Assembly: GCA_043228905.1 (NCBI GenBank)
Contig: JBHGNT010000006.1
Location: forward strand, 3,224,001-3,288,000
Reading direction: 5' to 3'
DNA from: Azolla caroliniana
Lineage: Eukaryota > Plantae > Polypodiophyta
Length of the DNA: 64,000 bases
The notes under the pieces were generated by a model that did not search any database, was not told the DNA's origin, and was given only the letters and a program-made list of their open reading frames with translations. A program made the translations under genes and the position numbers. Positions 21,803 to 31,189 of this stretch are shown here, in pieces; positions within the stretch are counted from its first letter, which is position 1, and every line of letters begins with the position of its first letter.

Positions 21803-21905
21803 AAGAATGATGACGTGGTGCTACGGTTAGCAATTCAAGACAAGAAGAGATCAAGAAAAAAAAAAAAAAAAAAAAGAAGAAGAAAAAAAAAAAAAAAAAA
21901 AAAAT
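21766..21905 (+). repeat. A/GAA-rich homopolymer tracts between pol and the extra ORF
   Basis: Several A runs of roughly 20 nt are visible directly. Confidence 0.9.
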
Positions 21906-22068
21906 CAAGGTAATGATGAAGGAAGTAGTTACAACCGTCACACGGGTGCACGAGCTATTTAAAGCACAGAACGTGGGGGGCCGATGTACAAGATTTAACA
22001 CGCGCGGCAATCAAGGAGTCATAATGACAGACACGTAGGAGATTCGACACACGCGGCAGAGAAGCGCA

Positions 22069-22290
22069 AGCATGCGCAGGCGCCAAAAATAGGACATGCT
22101 ATTCATGACAGAGCATGCGCAGGCGCCAAAAATAGGACATGCTATTCGAGGCAGAGGACGTGCAGACGCCAAAATTAAAGAGTGACATGCTAATTATGGC
22201 AGAAGATACGCACGCGCGAAAAACAGGAAAAGGCGGCTCAAGGGAAACGCCACTATATAAAGGAAGAACCGGAGAAGGGTTCACTTTTTA
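22069..22290 (+). promoter_or_regulatory. Putative internal promoter of the element A extra ORF
   Basis: Exact 36-bp direct repeat at 22069-22104 and 22112-22147, plus a degenerate third copy. TATATAAA at 22254-22261, Inr-like TTCACTTT at ~22280, ATG at 22397. Confidence 0.6.
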
Positions 22291-22396
22291 CGAATTTTCC
22301 CACAAGCAAACGCCGGCTCAAGACAGCGAGATCCGACGCGCAGAACACCCACACCCCGACCTCAGACCACAGGCAGCAGCAGAGGAAGAAGAAGCG

Positions 22397-23743
22397 ATGG
22401 CACTGTCGGAAGGAGCGCGCCAATGGCTGATGGAGAACGGATTAGGAGGGCTGCTGCGGGTCGCCGACGCTCCGCCACACAAGGAACTAGAGCAGGCGGC
22501 AACAACAGTGGACCTGGCAGAAGTCACCGAAGGAGCGGTACAAGCGCTCACCGGGATTGCGGAGGGCGGACTTCAGACAATAGAGCTACCCTCGAGCCAA
22601 ATATTCTTCGAGTATTTCGGCGAATATTCCCTCAGCAGCAAGGCGTATCGCACACAGGGCGGAGAGAACCTGCTGTTCGGAGAGGTGGCCCGCGCCCTAA
22701 TGGAGTATGGGTTCGTGAACCCTCGTCCGCCAGCCATAGCCAAATACCGAGCAACGATCGTCATCGCGACATACGAAGGCCTGCAGGTGGACTGGCTCCA
22801 CTTCATTACCGAAGGACTGAAAGAGGCGATCAAGCACTTGGTGGAAGGGAAGAAGCCATGGGCTGGAATATCCCAATGTTTAACCGTGTTGGTCCCACCG
22901 GCGTCCCCCATCAAGCACAAGAAAAGAAGTCGGCAGGAGACTACGCCGAAGCCAACCATGAAGCGCCGACGAATCCTAGAGAAACACACTCCAGGATGGA
23001 CACAGGAAGAAGAAGCGCCACGGGAAGAAGGACCATCCCGACAACCGCGGGAAGAAGGATCATCCCGACAGCCGCGGGAAGAAGGATCATCTCGACAACC
23101 GCGGGAAGAAGACTCCTCCCGACAGCAACGGGAGGAAGGCCCATCACGGCAGCCAAAGAAACAGCAACAGCAGACGGCCACGAAGAAGAAAGAGGCGGAA
23201 AAAGGCAAGGAGAAGCTGGCGAAGAAGACCAGCAAGAGGCAAACCGACACCGAACCAGTAACGCTCGAATCGGAACCGGTACCAGTAAAGGAACCGATAG
23301 TCGCACCGACGGAGGACGCTGAAACAGAGGAAGACTCATCCGAACCGATGTTAATACTACCACCCAGGCAAGGAAAGGAGAAACGGGCGACAAGACCGAC
23401 CCCAACAGCGGACAGAACTCAGCAACGGGCGGAAGAACCAGTAACCGGAACAGAAGCGACACAGGATGAAGGTCCGTCTGCACCAAAGACGGCAGTACCG
23501 GAACCGACGGCGGCGGAGTTCGAAGAACAAAGAAAGGAACAAGCGCCGAAGCAAGAGAAGAGGCCGGAGAAACAGCCGGAAAAACAGCCGGAGCTAGGTA
23601 CGCCTGCTCACACCGACGAAGGCAGAACAAAGGCACAATGGCTAAGGTGGTTGTCAGGGCAGTTGTCGGGAGTGGCAGACCAGATGGAGAAAGAGGAGGA
23701 GCAAAGGGAACAAGTGACTAGGACGACGACTAAGGATATGGTC
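22397..23743 (+). CDS. Element A extra ORF, N-terminal half (globular domain + REEGPSRQP repeats), interrupted by element C
   Basis: MALSEGARQWL...VDWLHFITEGLKEAI... Five 27-bp repeats at ~23021-23155. Joins in frame KDMV|MLRAQLH at 29550 after removing C and one TGGTC. Confidence 0.8.
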
Positions 23744-24033
23744 TGTCATAACTAGACTCGAACCCATAACCTTTTGTTACACGGGTCGAGACTTTACCAT
23801 TAGGTTATGAATTGTAATTTGAAGGATATTATTTTCATTTAGGTTTTATTGGGAAATTGATGTATATTCCAGATTTCTCTGGAACATTCTAGAAACTTCA
23901 GGAGTATTCCTGAAGACACTATAAAAGGAGGCGCAAGGCATTAGTTCGAACCAAATCGGTTCAACGCCAGTCTTAAGCCTTCTAACCACTGTTGTATATC
24001 TTCCTTCATATAATACATATATCTTTCGCATCA

Positions 24034-24079
<46 letters not shown>

Positions 24080-24216
24080 ACTCACTCATTCCTTCTCTCA
24101 AAGTTCGACACCTCTCATAGTACTAATCCTTCTCTGTCTTAGTACTATTCCCCGACAATAGTACTAATCCTTCTTTTAGTACTAATTCCTTCTCTGCCTT
24201 AATAGAGTTCCTGACA
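23744..24216 (+). repeat. Element C 5' LTR
   Basis: TGTCA...TGACA, TATAAAA at 23920, (CT)n microsatellite, four TAGTACTA repeats. Confidence 0.96.
23867..23914 (+). promoter_or_regulatory. Heat shock element array in the element C LTR (also 29187-29234)
   Basis: TTCcaGATttCTCtgGAAcaTTCtaGAAacTTCagGAGtaTTCctGAA: alternating nGAAn/nTTCn units with a perfect 4-unit core, 5 bp upstream of the TATA box. Confidence 0.75.
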
Positions 24217-24218
24217 GT

Positions 24219-24230
24219 TTGAACCGATTT
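24219..24230 (+). promoter_or_regulatory. Self-priming PBS of element C
   Basis: TTGAACCGATTT is the exact reverse complement of AAATCGGTTCAA at 23953-23964, the expected transcript 5' end. No TGG tRNA PBS is present. Confidence 0.8.
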
Positions 24231-24317
24231 CTCGGTGCCTGTCTGGTCTTTTCTCTCCCTCTTCCTTCTGTCTCCCTCCTTTCCTATTAGTCTCTTATTT
24301 CCCTTTTCCTTCATCCC

Positions 24318-25487
24318 ATGGCCACCGTTAGCGCTGAAGAGTATCAATCCGTTTTCTCGGAATTTCAATGCTTGAAAGAGAAGTTTCATGCTTTGGAACA
24401 AGAAAATCAACGCTTGTTGGGGGATCTTCAGCAAATTTCCTTAGAAAAGCAGCAAACGCAACAACAGCATGGGGAACTTGCGTTACGCGTGCAACAACTC
24501 GAAGCAACCATCGTAGCAATGCAACAACAAGGGCACGGAGCACAAGGGATTCATAAAGAACCCAAGATTGGCCTTCCCACGAAGTTCGATGGAACGCGAT
24601 CACAGTTTAGAGGGTTTCTTAACCAGGTACGGTTAGTTATTCAAATGCATCCGTCCCGATATCCCACCGATGCATCACGAGTGGGTTTAGTAGGCACGTT
24701 GTTAAATGGCTCAGCATTAGCATGGTTCGCTCCGCTACTAGAAAAGGAATCTCCAGTACTAAATAATTTTGAAGAATTCATAAGTGAGTTTAAAGCATGT
24801 TTTGGAGATACTGACAGCATAAGGACTGCAATCAACAAAATCCGGCGATTACGCCAAGGTGACCGTCCAGCCTCCGCATATGCTGCAGATTTCCGCCTAC
24901 TCGCCGCCGATATCCCCTGGGATGATCAAGCATTGATGGAGCAGTTCCGCTATGGTCTACGCAACGATGTCAAGGATTTACTCTTGACTTTCCCTGAAGA
25001 GCCAAAATCATTAACAGAAGCAATCAGTCGAGCGGTCAGATGTGACAACCGCCTCTTCGAGCGACGTTCGGAACGACAATTTCAGATGCCGAGGGCAAGA
25101 TCCGAGCCTACCTATGCCTCAGTGGTAGCGAAACCTTTTCAAAGGGAGTCACATAATGCGCCTCCAGTAAGTACTCCAACTCCAATGGAAATTGACACTA
25201 CACGTCGTCGTGGGCCGCTATCGGAGGAGGAAAAGCAACGACGCCGAACAAACCGATTATGCCTTTATTGCGGTGGACCAGGGCATATCGCGATAAACTG
25301 TCCCCATAGACCAAGAAGGCAGGTAAACCAAGTCGTTGTTAGTTCTGACTATACTAAACCCGAGTCTATTTCAGTAGGAATCTCTGATAGTCCTCATAGT
25401 CATAATAGTCCTAATAGTACTAATAGTCCGAATCTCGCAAACAAATTTGATGTCCTTAGCCAATTAGAAGAAGAGTTAAACGACTAA
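24318..25487 (+). CDS. Element C Gag (389 aa)
   Basis: Motifs LPTKFDGTRSQFRGFL, QFRYGL, PTPMEID and CLYCGGPGHIAINC. Confidence 0.95.
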   Translation: MATVSAEEYQSVFSEFQCLKEKFHALEQENQRLLGDLQQISLEKQQTQQQHGELALRVQQLEATIVAMQQQGHGAQGIHKEPKIGLPTKFDGTRSQFRGFLNQVRLVIQMHPSRYPTDASRVGLVGTLLNGSALAWFAPLLEKESPVLNNFEEFISEFKACFGDTDSIRTAINKIRRLRQGDRPASAYAADFRLLAADIPWDDQALMEQFRYGLRNDVKDLLLTFPEEPKSLTEAISRAVRCDNRLFERRSERQFQMPRARSEPTYASVVAKPFQRESHNAPPVSTPTPMEIDTTRRRGPLSEEEKQRRRTNRLCLYCGGPGHIAINCPHRPRRQVNQVVVSSDYTKPESISVGISDSPHSHNSPNSTNSPNLANKFDVLSQLEEELND

Positions 25488-28400
25488 GTCCAGCCAAAAT
25501 AGGAGCCGTTTGGTTGGACAGCCCTAGATCTGTGCAGCCCATTAGTGGTTCCATTCCCTCTAAGCAAGTTAGTGATGTGTTCGTAGCCCAAGTAGCAGTT
25601 AGTACTAAAAGTACCCCTCCAGTACATACCTTAGCCCTTCTAGATTCCGGAGCTAATTCTTGCTTCATGGATAGGAATTTTGCCCGAGCTCATCAGATAT
25701 CTCTCAGAAAGCTCCCATGTCCAGCCTCAGTAGTAGTCATTGATGGTCGTCCCATTGCTTCTGGTAATATCATAGAAGAGTCGGAACCCGTTAATATTGT
25801 CCTAGATAACTTAACATGTGTAGTATCATTTAATATTATTAGTATTCCAGAACATCCCATAGTTTTAGGATTACCATGGTTCGAGTTACATAACCCAGAC
25901 ATAGATTGGAGGACAAGGGAAATCCGGTTGCGACAAACCCAAGGATCTACCCAGAAGGTTGCAACCATTTCGCTACGTCAGTTGCGTGAGGAAGGGCGCA
26001 AGGAGGAAATGTTTCTCTTCGCAATATCAGTACAACCCTCCAGCACCACCAAAGAGGAGTCCACCGTTCAACTTCCCGAGAAGTATCATCAGTATGCTGA
26101 TGTGTTCGATAAAGTACAAGCCAACACACTTCCTCATCATCGGCCGTACGATTGCGCCATCGACTTACAACCGGGAAAAGAGCCGCCATGGGGGCCGATC
26201 TACAATTTGTCACCAACCGAGCTAGAAGTCCTTCGAGCCTATATAGAGGAGAATTTGGAGAACGGTTTCATTCGGCATTCGAAATCTCCAGCCGGCGCAC
26301 CCATTTTCTTCGTCAAGAAAAAAGATGGCTCGCTTCGACTCGTTGTAGATTACCGTGGCTTGAATAAGGTCACAGTAAGAAATAGGTATGCTCTTCCCCT
26401 TATCTCAAGTCTTTTAGAACGGATCAACGGTGCCAGGTTCTTCACGAAGATCGACTTACGAGGAGCCTATAACCTCGTACGGATCCGACCAGGAGATGAA
26501 TGGAAGACCGCGTTTCGCACCAGATATGGGCACTTCGAGTATACGGTCATGCCGTTCGGACTCACTAATGCGCCGGCAGTCTTCCAGCACATGGCGAATG
26601 ATATATTTCGAGATCTCTTGGATGATTTTTTGATCATCTATTTGGATGATCTACTGGTTTATTCAAAGACCCAAGAAGAACATGATTCTCATGTACTATT
26701 AGTACTAAAACGACTTCGAGAACATGGTCTGTATGCAAAGTTAGAGAAATGTAGTTTCGGGTGCAACCAAGTGGAGTTTCTCGGCTATGTCATCTCCTCA
26801 GAAGGCATATCTATGGACCCAACCAAGGTCAAAACGGTGATAGAATGGCACACTCCGCGTTCGGTGCGGGATGTGCAATGCTTCCTAGGCTTTGCAAATT
26901 TTTACCGGAAGTTCATACAAAATTACTCAAAAATTGTGCTGCCTCTCACACAACTCACCAGGAAGGGACAATCATTCATTTGGTCTAAAGAGACGGACAT
27001 GGCTTTCGAGAGTCTTAAGAAGGCGTTTACATCAGCTCCAATTTTAGGTCATGTGGATCCGGAAAAACCATTCATTATCGAAGCTGACGCATCGGATTTC
27101 GCATTGGGGAGCATTCTGTCACAACAAGGTAACGACGAGAAGCTACATCCTGTGGCTTTCCACTCCCGTAAGTTTGACGCCGCCGAAATCAACTACGAAA
27201 TTCATGATAAAGAGCTATTAGCAATAGTTGATTCTTTTATGCAATGGAGGCATTTCCTGGAGGGATCTCCTCATCAGGTCACTGTATTCAGTGACCACAA
27301 GAACCTTGCCTACTTTCAAGATGCTCGTGTACTGAATCGACGTCAAGCTCGGTGGGCCCACTTCCTCACACGCTTCGACTTCAAAATTACATATCGTCCG
27401 GGGAAGCACCAAGGGAAGGCAGATGCATTATCACGGCGTTCGTATCTAACACCACGTCCCGGTGAGCCAGCTTTCGATAACCAGAAGCAAGTAATCTTGG
27501 GTCCAGCACGACTGCAAGCAGCACAGGTCTTTGACATGCCCGTGGATTCCGACATTACCAATACTATACGTGAGGACTTGAAGACTGACGCTTTCGCCCA
27601 AGCTATACTAGCACAAATTGACCCCTCTCGAGCGTCATGTTCACAATCACAATCACCAGGTACGGATTATCGGCAATTCAAATACTGTGATGGATTACTC
27701 TTCTTTAAAGAACTTTTGTATGTTCCTAATGGTTCTTGCCGCCTTCGAGTAGTACAAAACTGCCATGACACATATACAGCAGGACATTTTGGTAGTACTA
27801 AAACATTAGATTTAGTACAACGATCATTCTGGTGGCCCCGTATGCGACAATTTGTCGAAGATTTTGTTCGGACTTGCGATACATGCTGCAGAGCGAAAAT
27901 GCCAAGACATCATCCATATGGTTTATTAGAACCATTACCAATTCCAAGCAAGCCATGGCAATCCATTGCTCTTGACTTCATTACAGATCTTCCAGTCTCT
28001 AAGGGATTCAGTGCGATTCTCACAGTGGTGGATCGATATACGAAGATGGCTCATTTCTTACCATGTACTAAAGAAATATCTAGTGAAGACACCGCCGAAA
28101 TTGTCATGCGGGAAGTATGTCGGCATCATGGACTCCCTGATAATATCATCAGCGATCGTGGACCCCAGTTTGTGTCAAAATTCTGGAAGCACCTTTTTAA
28201 AATGCTGAAGGTCACTTGTAACCTCTCCTCCGGCTACCACCCACAAACCGACGGTCAAGCCGAACGAACAAATCAAACACTGGAGCAGTATCTGCGGTGC
28301 TTTCTCAACTATCATCAGAATGACTGGGCAGATATTCTTCAGTTCGCCGAATTTGCCTATAATAACGCTATCCACGCATCGACTAAAGTCACGCCATTCT

Positions 28401-29071
28401 ACGCTTATACAGGATATCATCCCCGGTGGTGTGTCCTTGAAACCCCAGAAGTGTCCACAAATCCTTGCGCGGAGGATCGTTTGGAGCGGTTACGCAAGAT
28501 ACAAGCGGATTTATCTACTCAACTCCAGCAAGCTCAACAATCACACAAGGACTACGCAGATCGTCATCGACTTCCATCCAGTTTTAACATTGGAGATCGG
28601 GTGTGGCTGCTACGACGACACATCAAGACTACTCGCCCATGTGAGAAGTTGGATTATCGGCGATTAGGTCCTTTCCGTATTATCGGGAAGATTAATGATG
28701 TTGCTTTTCGTCTCGAGCTACCTCCGCAACTTCGGATACATCCGGTGTTTCATAGTTCTCTCCTCGAACCCTATCACGAGAGCACTATCCCAGGACGTAC
28801 TATACAACCACCACCTCCTATCGAGCTCGAAGATGGACCTGAGTATGAGGTCGCTGCCATCCTCGATTCCAAGATTGTTCGCAACAAGCTCTACTATCTA
28901 GTCGATTGGCTAGGATATAGTCCCAGCGAGCGTACTTGGGAACCGATCGAGAATGTGACCAATGCTCGTGCTCTTCTAGAAGACTTCCATCGACGATATC
29001 CCGAGAAACCGGGTCCTCAATCCAAAACGACTCGTGGAACTCGTCGTTTTAAAGGGGGGATAGTGTCATAA
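25478..29071 (+). CDS. Element C Pol (PR-RT-RH-INT-chromodomain), expressed by -1 frameshift
   Basis: Motifs LLDSGA, YLDD, EADASD, IALDFI and GPF. Chromodomain EYEVAAILDSK...YLVDWLGYSPSERTWEP. The stop codon lies within the first 8 nt of the 3' LTR. Confidence 0.95.
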   Translation, partial: KRLSPAKIGAVWLDSPRSVQPISGSIPSKQVSDVFVAQVAVSTKSTPPVHTLALLDSGANSCFMDRNFARAHQISLRKLPCPASVVVIDGRPIASGNIIEESEPVNIVLDNLTCVVSFNIISIPEHPIVLGLPWFELHNPDIDWRTREIRLRQTQGSTQKVATISLRQLREEGRKEEMFLFAISVQPSSTTKEESTVQLPEKYHQYADVFDKVQANTLPHHRPYDCAIDLQPGKEPPWGPIYNLSPTELEVLRAYIEENLENGFIRHSKSPAGAPIFFVKKKDGSLRLVVDYRGLNKVTVRNRYALPLISSLLERINGARFFTKIDLRGAYNLVRIRPGDEWKTAFRTRYGHFEYTVMPFGLTNAPAVFQHMANDIFRDLLDDFLIIYLDDLLVYSKTQEEHDSHVLLVLKRLREHGLYAKLEKCSFGCNQVEFLGYVISSEGISMDPTKVKTVIEWHTPRSVRDVQCFLGFANFYRKFIQNYSKIVLPLTQLTRKGQSFIWSKETDMAFESLKKAFTSAPILGHVDPEKPFIIEADASDFALGSILSQQGNDEKLHPVAFHSRKFDAAEINYEIHDKELLAIVDSFMQWRHFLEGSPHQVTVFSDHKNLAYFQDARVLNRRQARWAHFLTRFDFKITYRPGKHQGKADALSRRSYLTPRPGEPAFDNQKQVILGPARLQAAQVFDMPVDSDITNTIREDLKTDAFAQAILAQIDPSRASCSQSQSPGTDYRQFKYCDGLLFFKELLYVPNGSCRLRVVQNCHDTYTAGHFGSTKTLDLVQRSFWWPRMRQFVEDFVRTCDTCCRAKMPRHHPYGLLEPLPIPSKPWQSIALDFITDLPVSKGFSAILTVVDRYTKMAHFLPCTKEISSEDTAEIVMREVCRHHGLPDNIISDRGPQFVSKFWKHLFKMLKVTCNLSSGYHPQTDGQAERTNQTLEQYLRCFLNYHQNDWADILQFAEFAYNNAIHASTKVTPFYAYTGYHPRWCVLETPEVSTNPCAEDRLERLRKIQADLSTQLQQAQQSHKDYADRHRLPSSFNIGDRVWLLRRHIKTTRPCEKLDYRRLGPFRIIGKINDVAFRLELPPQLRIHPVFHSSLLEPYHESTIPGRTIQPPPPIELEDGPEYEVAAILDSKIVRNKLYYLVDWLGYSPSERTWEPIENVTNARALLEDFHRRYPEKPGPQSKTTRGTRRFKGGIVS

Positions 29072-29353
29072 CTAGACTCGAACCCATAACCTTTTGTTAC
29101 ACGGGTCGAGACTTTACCATTAGGTTATGAATTGTAATTTGAAGGATATTATTTTCATTTAGGTTTTATTGGGAAATTGATGTATATTCCAGATTTCTCT
29201 GGAACATTCTAGAAACTTCAGGAGTATTCCTGAAGACACTATAAAAGGAGGCGCAAGGCATTAGTTCGAACCAAATCGGTTCAACGCCAGTCTTAAGCCT
29301 TCTAACCACTGTTGTATATCTTCCTTCATATAATACATATATCTTTCGCATCA

Positions 29354-29407
<54 letters not shown>

Positions 29408-29544
29408 ACTCACTCATTCCTTCTCTCAAAGTTCGACACCTCTCATAGTACTAATCCTTCTCTGTCTTAGTACTATTCCCCGACAATAGTACTAATCCTT
29501 CTTTTAGTACTAATTCCTTCTCTGCCTTAATAGAGTTCCTGACA
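29064..29544 (+). repeat. Element C 3' LTR
   Basis: Copy of 23744-24216 with 4 extra CT units. Confidence 0.96.
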
Positions 29545-29549
29545 TGGTC

Positions 29550-31139
29550 ATGCTCCGGGCACAATTACATGAGCTGCAAGAAGAGCTAGCACAGGCAAAA
29601 GAAGGCAACCGACAAGCGCAAGATGGCACCGAGCCGGTCGGGACATCAGAAAAGCAAGCCGAACCAGAAACGGAGAAAGCCTTGCAAACCGGCCCTGAGA
29701 CCGAGAAGTTAATAGCAACTTTAAAAGAAGAATTACAGGCTCAGGAGGCATTGAGAGATAACGAAAGGGAGCAGCGGAAGTTGGTAGAAGACGACAGACG
29801 GCGAATGGAGGAAGGCCTTCGCCGAAGCAAAGCCACCAATGACCGACTACAAGAAGAAAACGGGAAGCTGCAAAAGGAAAAAGATAGGCTGCGGCGACGA
29901 ATGGAGCAGGAAATCGAGCGGTTGCGAGAGGAACTCCGACAACAAAAGGACCGGGATGATCGGTTGCGAGATCAGGCGAACCGACGCCTAAAACAGAAGA
30001 CGGAGGAATTCGACCGACTATGTAAGGATTATAAACAGGCCACGTCGGACATCAAGAATCAGGCAGCAACGTACGACCGACAGATAGAGAAGCTGAAAGA
30101 GCAGCTCAAGGAAAACCGCTTGGAATTGTCCAAAGCAAGGGAGGAAGTATCGGCGGAGAAGACCTTGACGTCGGAACAAAGAAAGGAGATGGAAGTACTT
30201 CGGCAGAAAGTAGGGGAGCTGACAAAGAGCAGGAACGAGGAAAAAGTGAAGTCGACTTTCGAAATCAACAAATGGCGGAGTACCTGTGACAAGCAAAAAG
30301 TCGACTCTGAAGCTCAAGCTCAGTTAATGGCCGACATCATCAAACGGATAAGGAAGGAAAAACAAGCAGCTTCGGAACAGGCTAAAGCAGGGGTTGGCCG
30401 AATTAAGTTCATCATGTCAAGTTGGAGTACCCGAGCTCAGGCCAGCATAAATGAAAGCACGGAGAAGCTCTGGAGGGAATGGGCACAACAGGCAGCTGAA
30501 CTGCAGATACTCCGAGCTGATGCAGAAAATCGGAAGAAAACCGGAGATGGGTTCTATAAAATGGACGAAGAAAGTATCGTCAACATCCGGGAAGAACTGT
30601 CGGAGGATTTCTATGCTCTAGCAGAAGAGCATCTCAAGGAAATCCGAGGGTTAGTAGAGAGGTTGGATGACGGACAGCTCGAAACCCAACTAGAATTGGA
30701 AGGGTACGAGAAGGACCGACTGCGACAGGAAGCCGAGGGACACACAACGCCGATCTCCATCAGTGAGGGCGAGCGACCGGCTGAAGAGGACCCAACCGAC
30801 AACGCACCCCGACAAGAATTACCCGAGGAAGAACTTCCGGAGCAAGAACAGGTTGATGCCGGGGATGATGCAGAGTGGAGACAGAGAAGTACTGAATCCG
30901 GGGAGGAAAGGACACAACCAGTGGAAACCGGAGAGAGCGATACCGGGAACGGAACGGAGGTAGAGCAGGACAGACCCGGACAGGATACAGAAGAAACACC
31001 GGTACCACCGGTACAAGCAGAGTCGGAGCAGCAAGATGCGAAAAGGCAGCCAATCCAATCGGAAGTCGGAGAGGGCACAGGCAAGACAACACTTGAAACC
31101 TCTGAGCGGAGTTTGCTGGATAATTTGGAGGAGGACTGA
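29550..31139 (+). CDS. Element A extra ORF, C-terminal half (long E/K/R/Q-rich coiled coil + acidic tail)
   Basis: The track ORF 29544..31139 (531 aa) has heptad-like composition and continues in frame from 22397-23743. Confidence 0.8.
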   Translation: MLRAQLHELQEELAQAKEGNRQAQDGTEPVGTSEKQAEPETEKALQTGPETEKLIATLKEELQAQEALRDNEREQRKLVEDDRRRMEEGLRRSKATNDRLQEENGKLQKEKDRLRRRMEQEIERLREELRQQKDRDDRLRDQANRRLKQKTEEFDRLCKDYKQATSDIKNQAATYDRQIEKLKEQLKENRLELSKAREEVSAEKTLTSEQRKEMEVLRQKVGELTKSRNEEKVKSTFEINKWRSTCDKQKVDSEAQAQLMADIIKRIRKEKQAASEQAKAGVGRIKFIMSSWSTRAQASINESTEKLWREWAQQAAELQILRADAENRKKTGDGFYKMDEESIVNIREELSEDFYALAEEHLKEIRGLVERLDDGQLETQLELEGYEKDRLRQEAEGHTTPISISEGERPAEEDPTDNAPRQELPEEELPEQEQVDAGDDAEWRQRSTESGEERTQPVETGESDTGNGTEVEQDRPGQDTEETPVPPVQAESEQQDAKRQPIQSEVGEGTGKTTLETSERSLLDNLEED

Positions 31140-31146
31140 AGCCGGC

Positions 31147-31187
31147 TGTGGGTTCGAAGTGCAATGCACTTTCCCACGGGCGTGCCA
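31147..31187 (+). other. tRNA-Arg(UCU)-like 3' half (T-arm + acceptor + CCA) in the PPT position of element A
   Basis: TGTGGGTTCGA-[AGTGCAATGCACTT]-TCCCAC-GGGCGTG-CCA, then TG, then the LTR. The minus strand reads TGGCACGCCCGTGGGA. Confidence 0.75.
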
Positions 31188-31189
31188 TG

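Larger units (their letters stand above)
23744..29544 (+). mobile_element. Gypsy element C, chromovirus (Tcn1-like), apparently intact, nested in the A extra ORF
   Basis: LTRs at 23744-24216 and 29064-29544 differ only in (CT)n length (8 bp). TSD TGGTC at 23739-23743 and 29545-29549. PPT AAAGGGGGGA at 29051-29060. C-terminal chromodomain. Confidence 0.97.

Noticed and set aside
22139-22396. Upstream ATG 22139 as the start of the extra ORF
   Set aside because: It lies upstream of the TATA at 22254 and within the promoter repeats; ATG 22397 fits better, though this is unproven.
31147-31187. A functional tRNA gene
   Set aside because: Only the 3' half is present (no D or anticodon arm), the T-loop is interrupted and CCA is encoded. 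Reported instead as a priming-related element.
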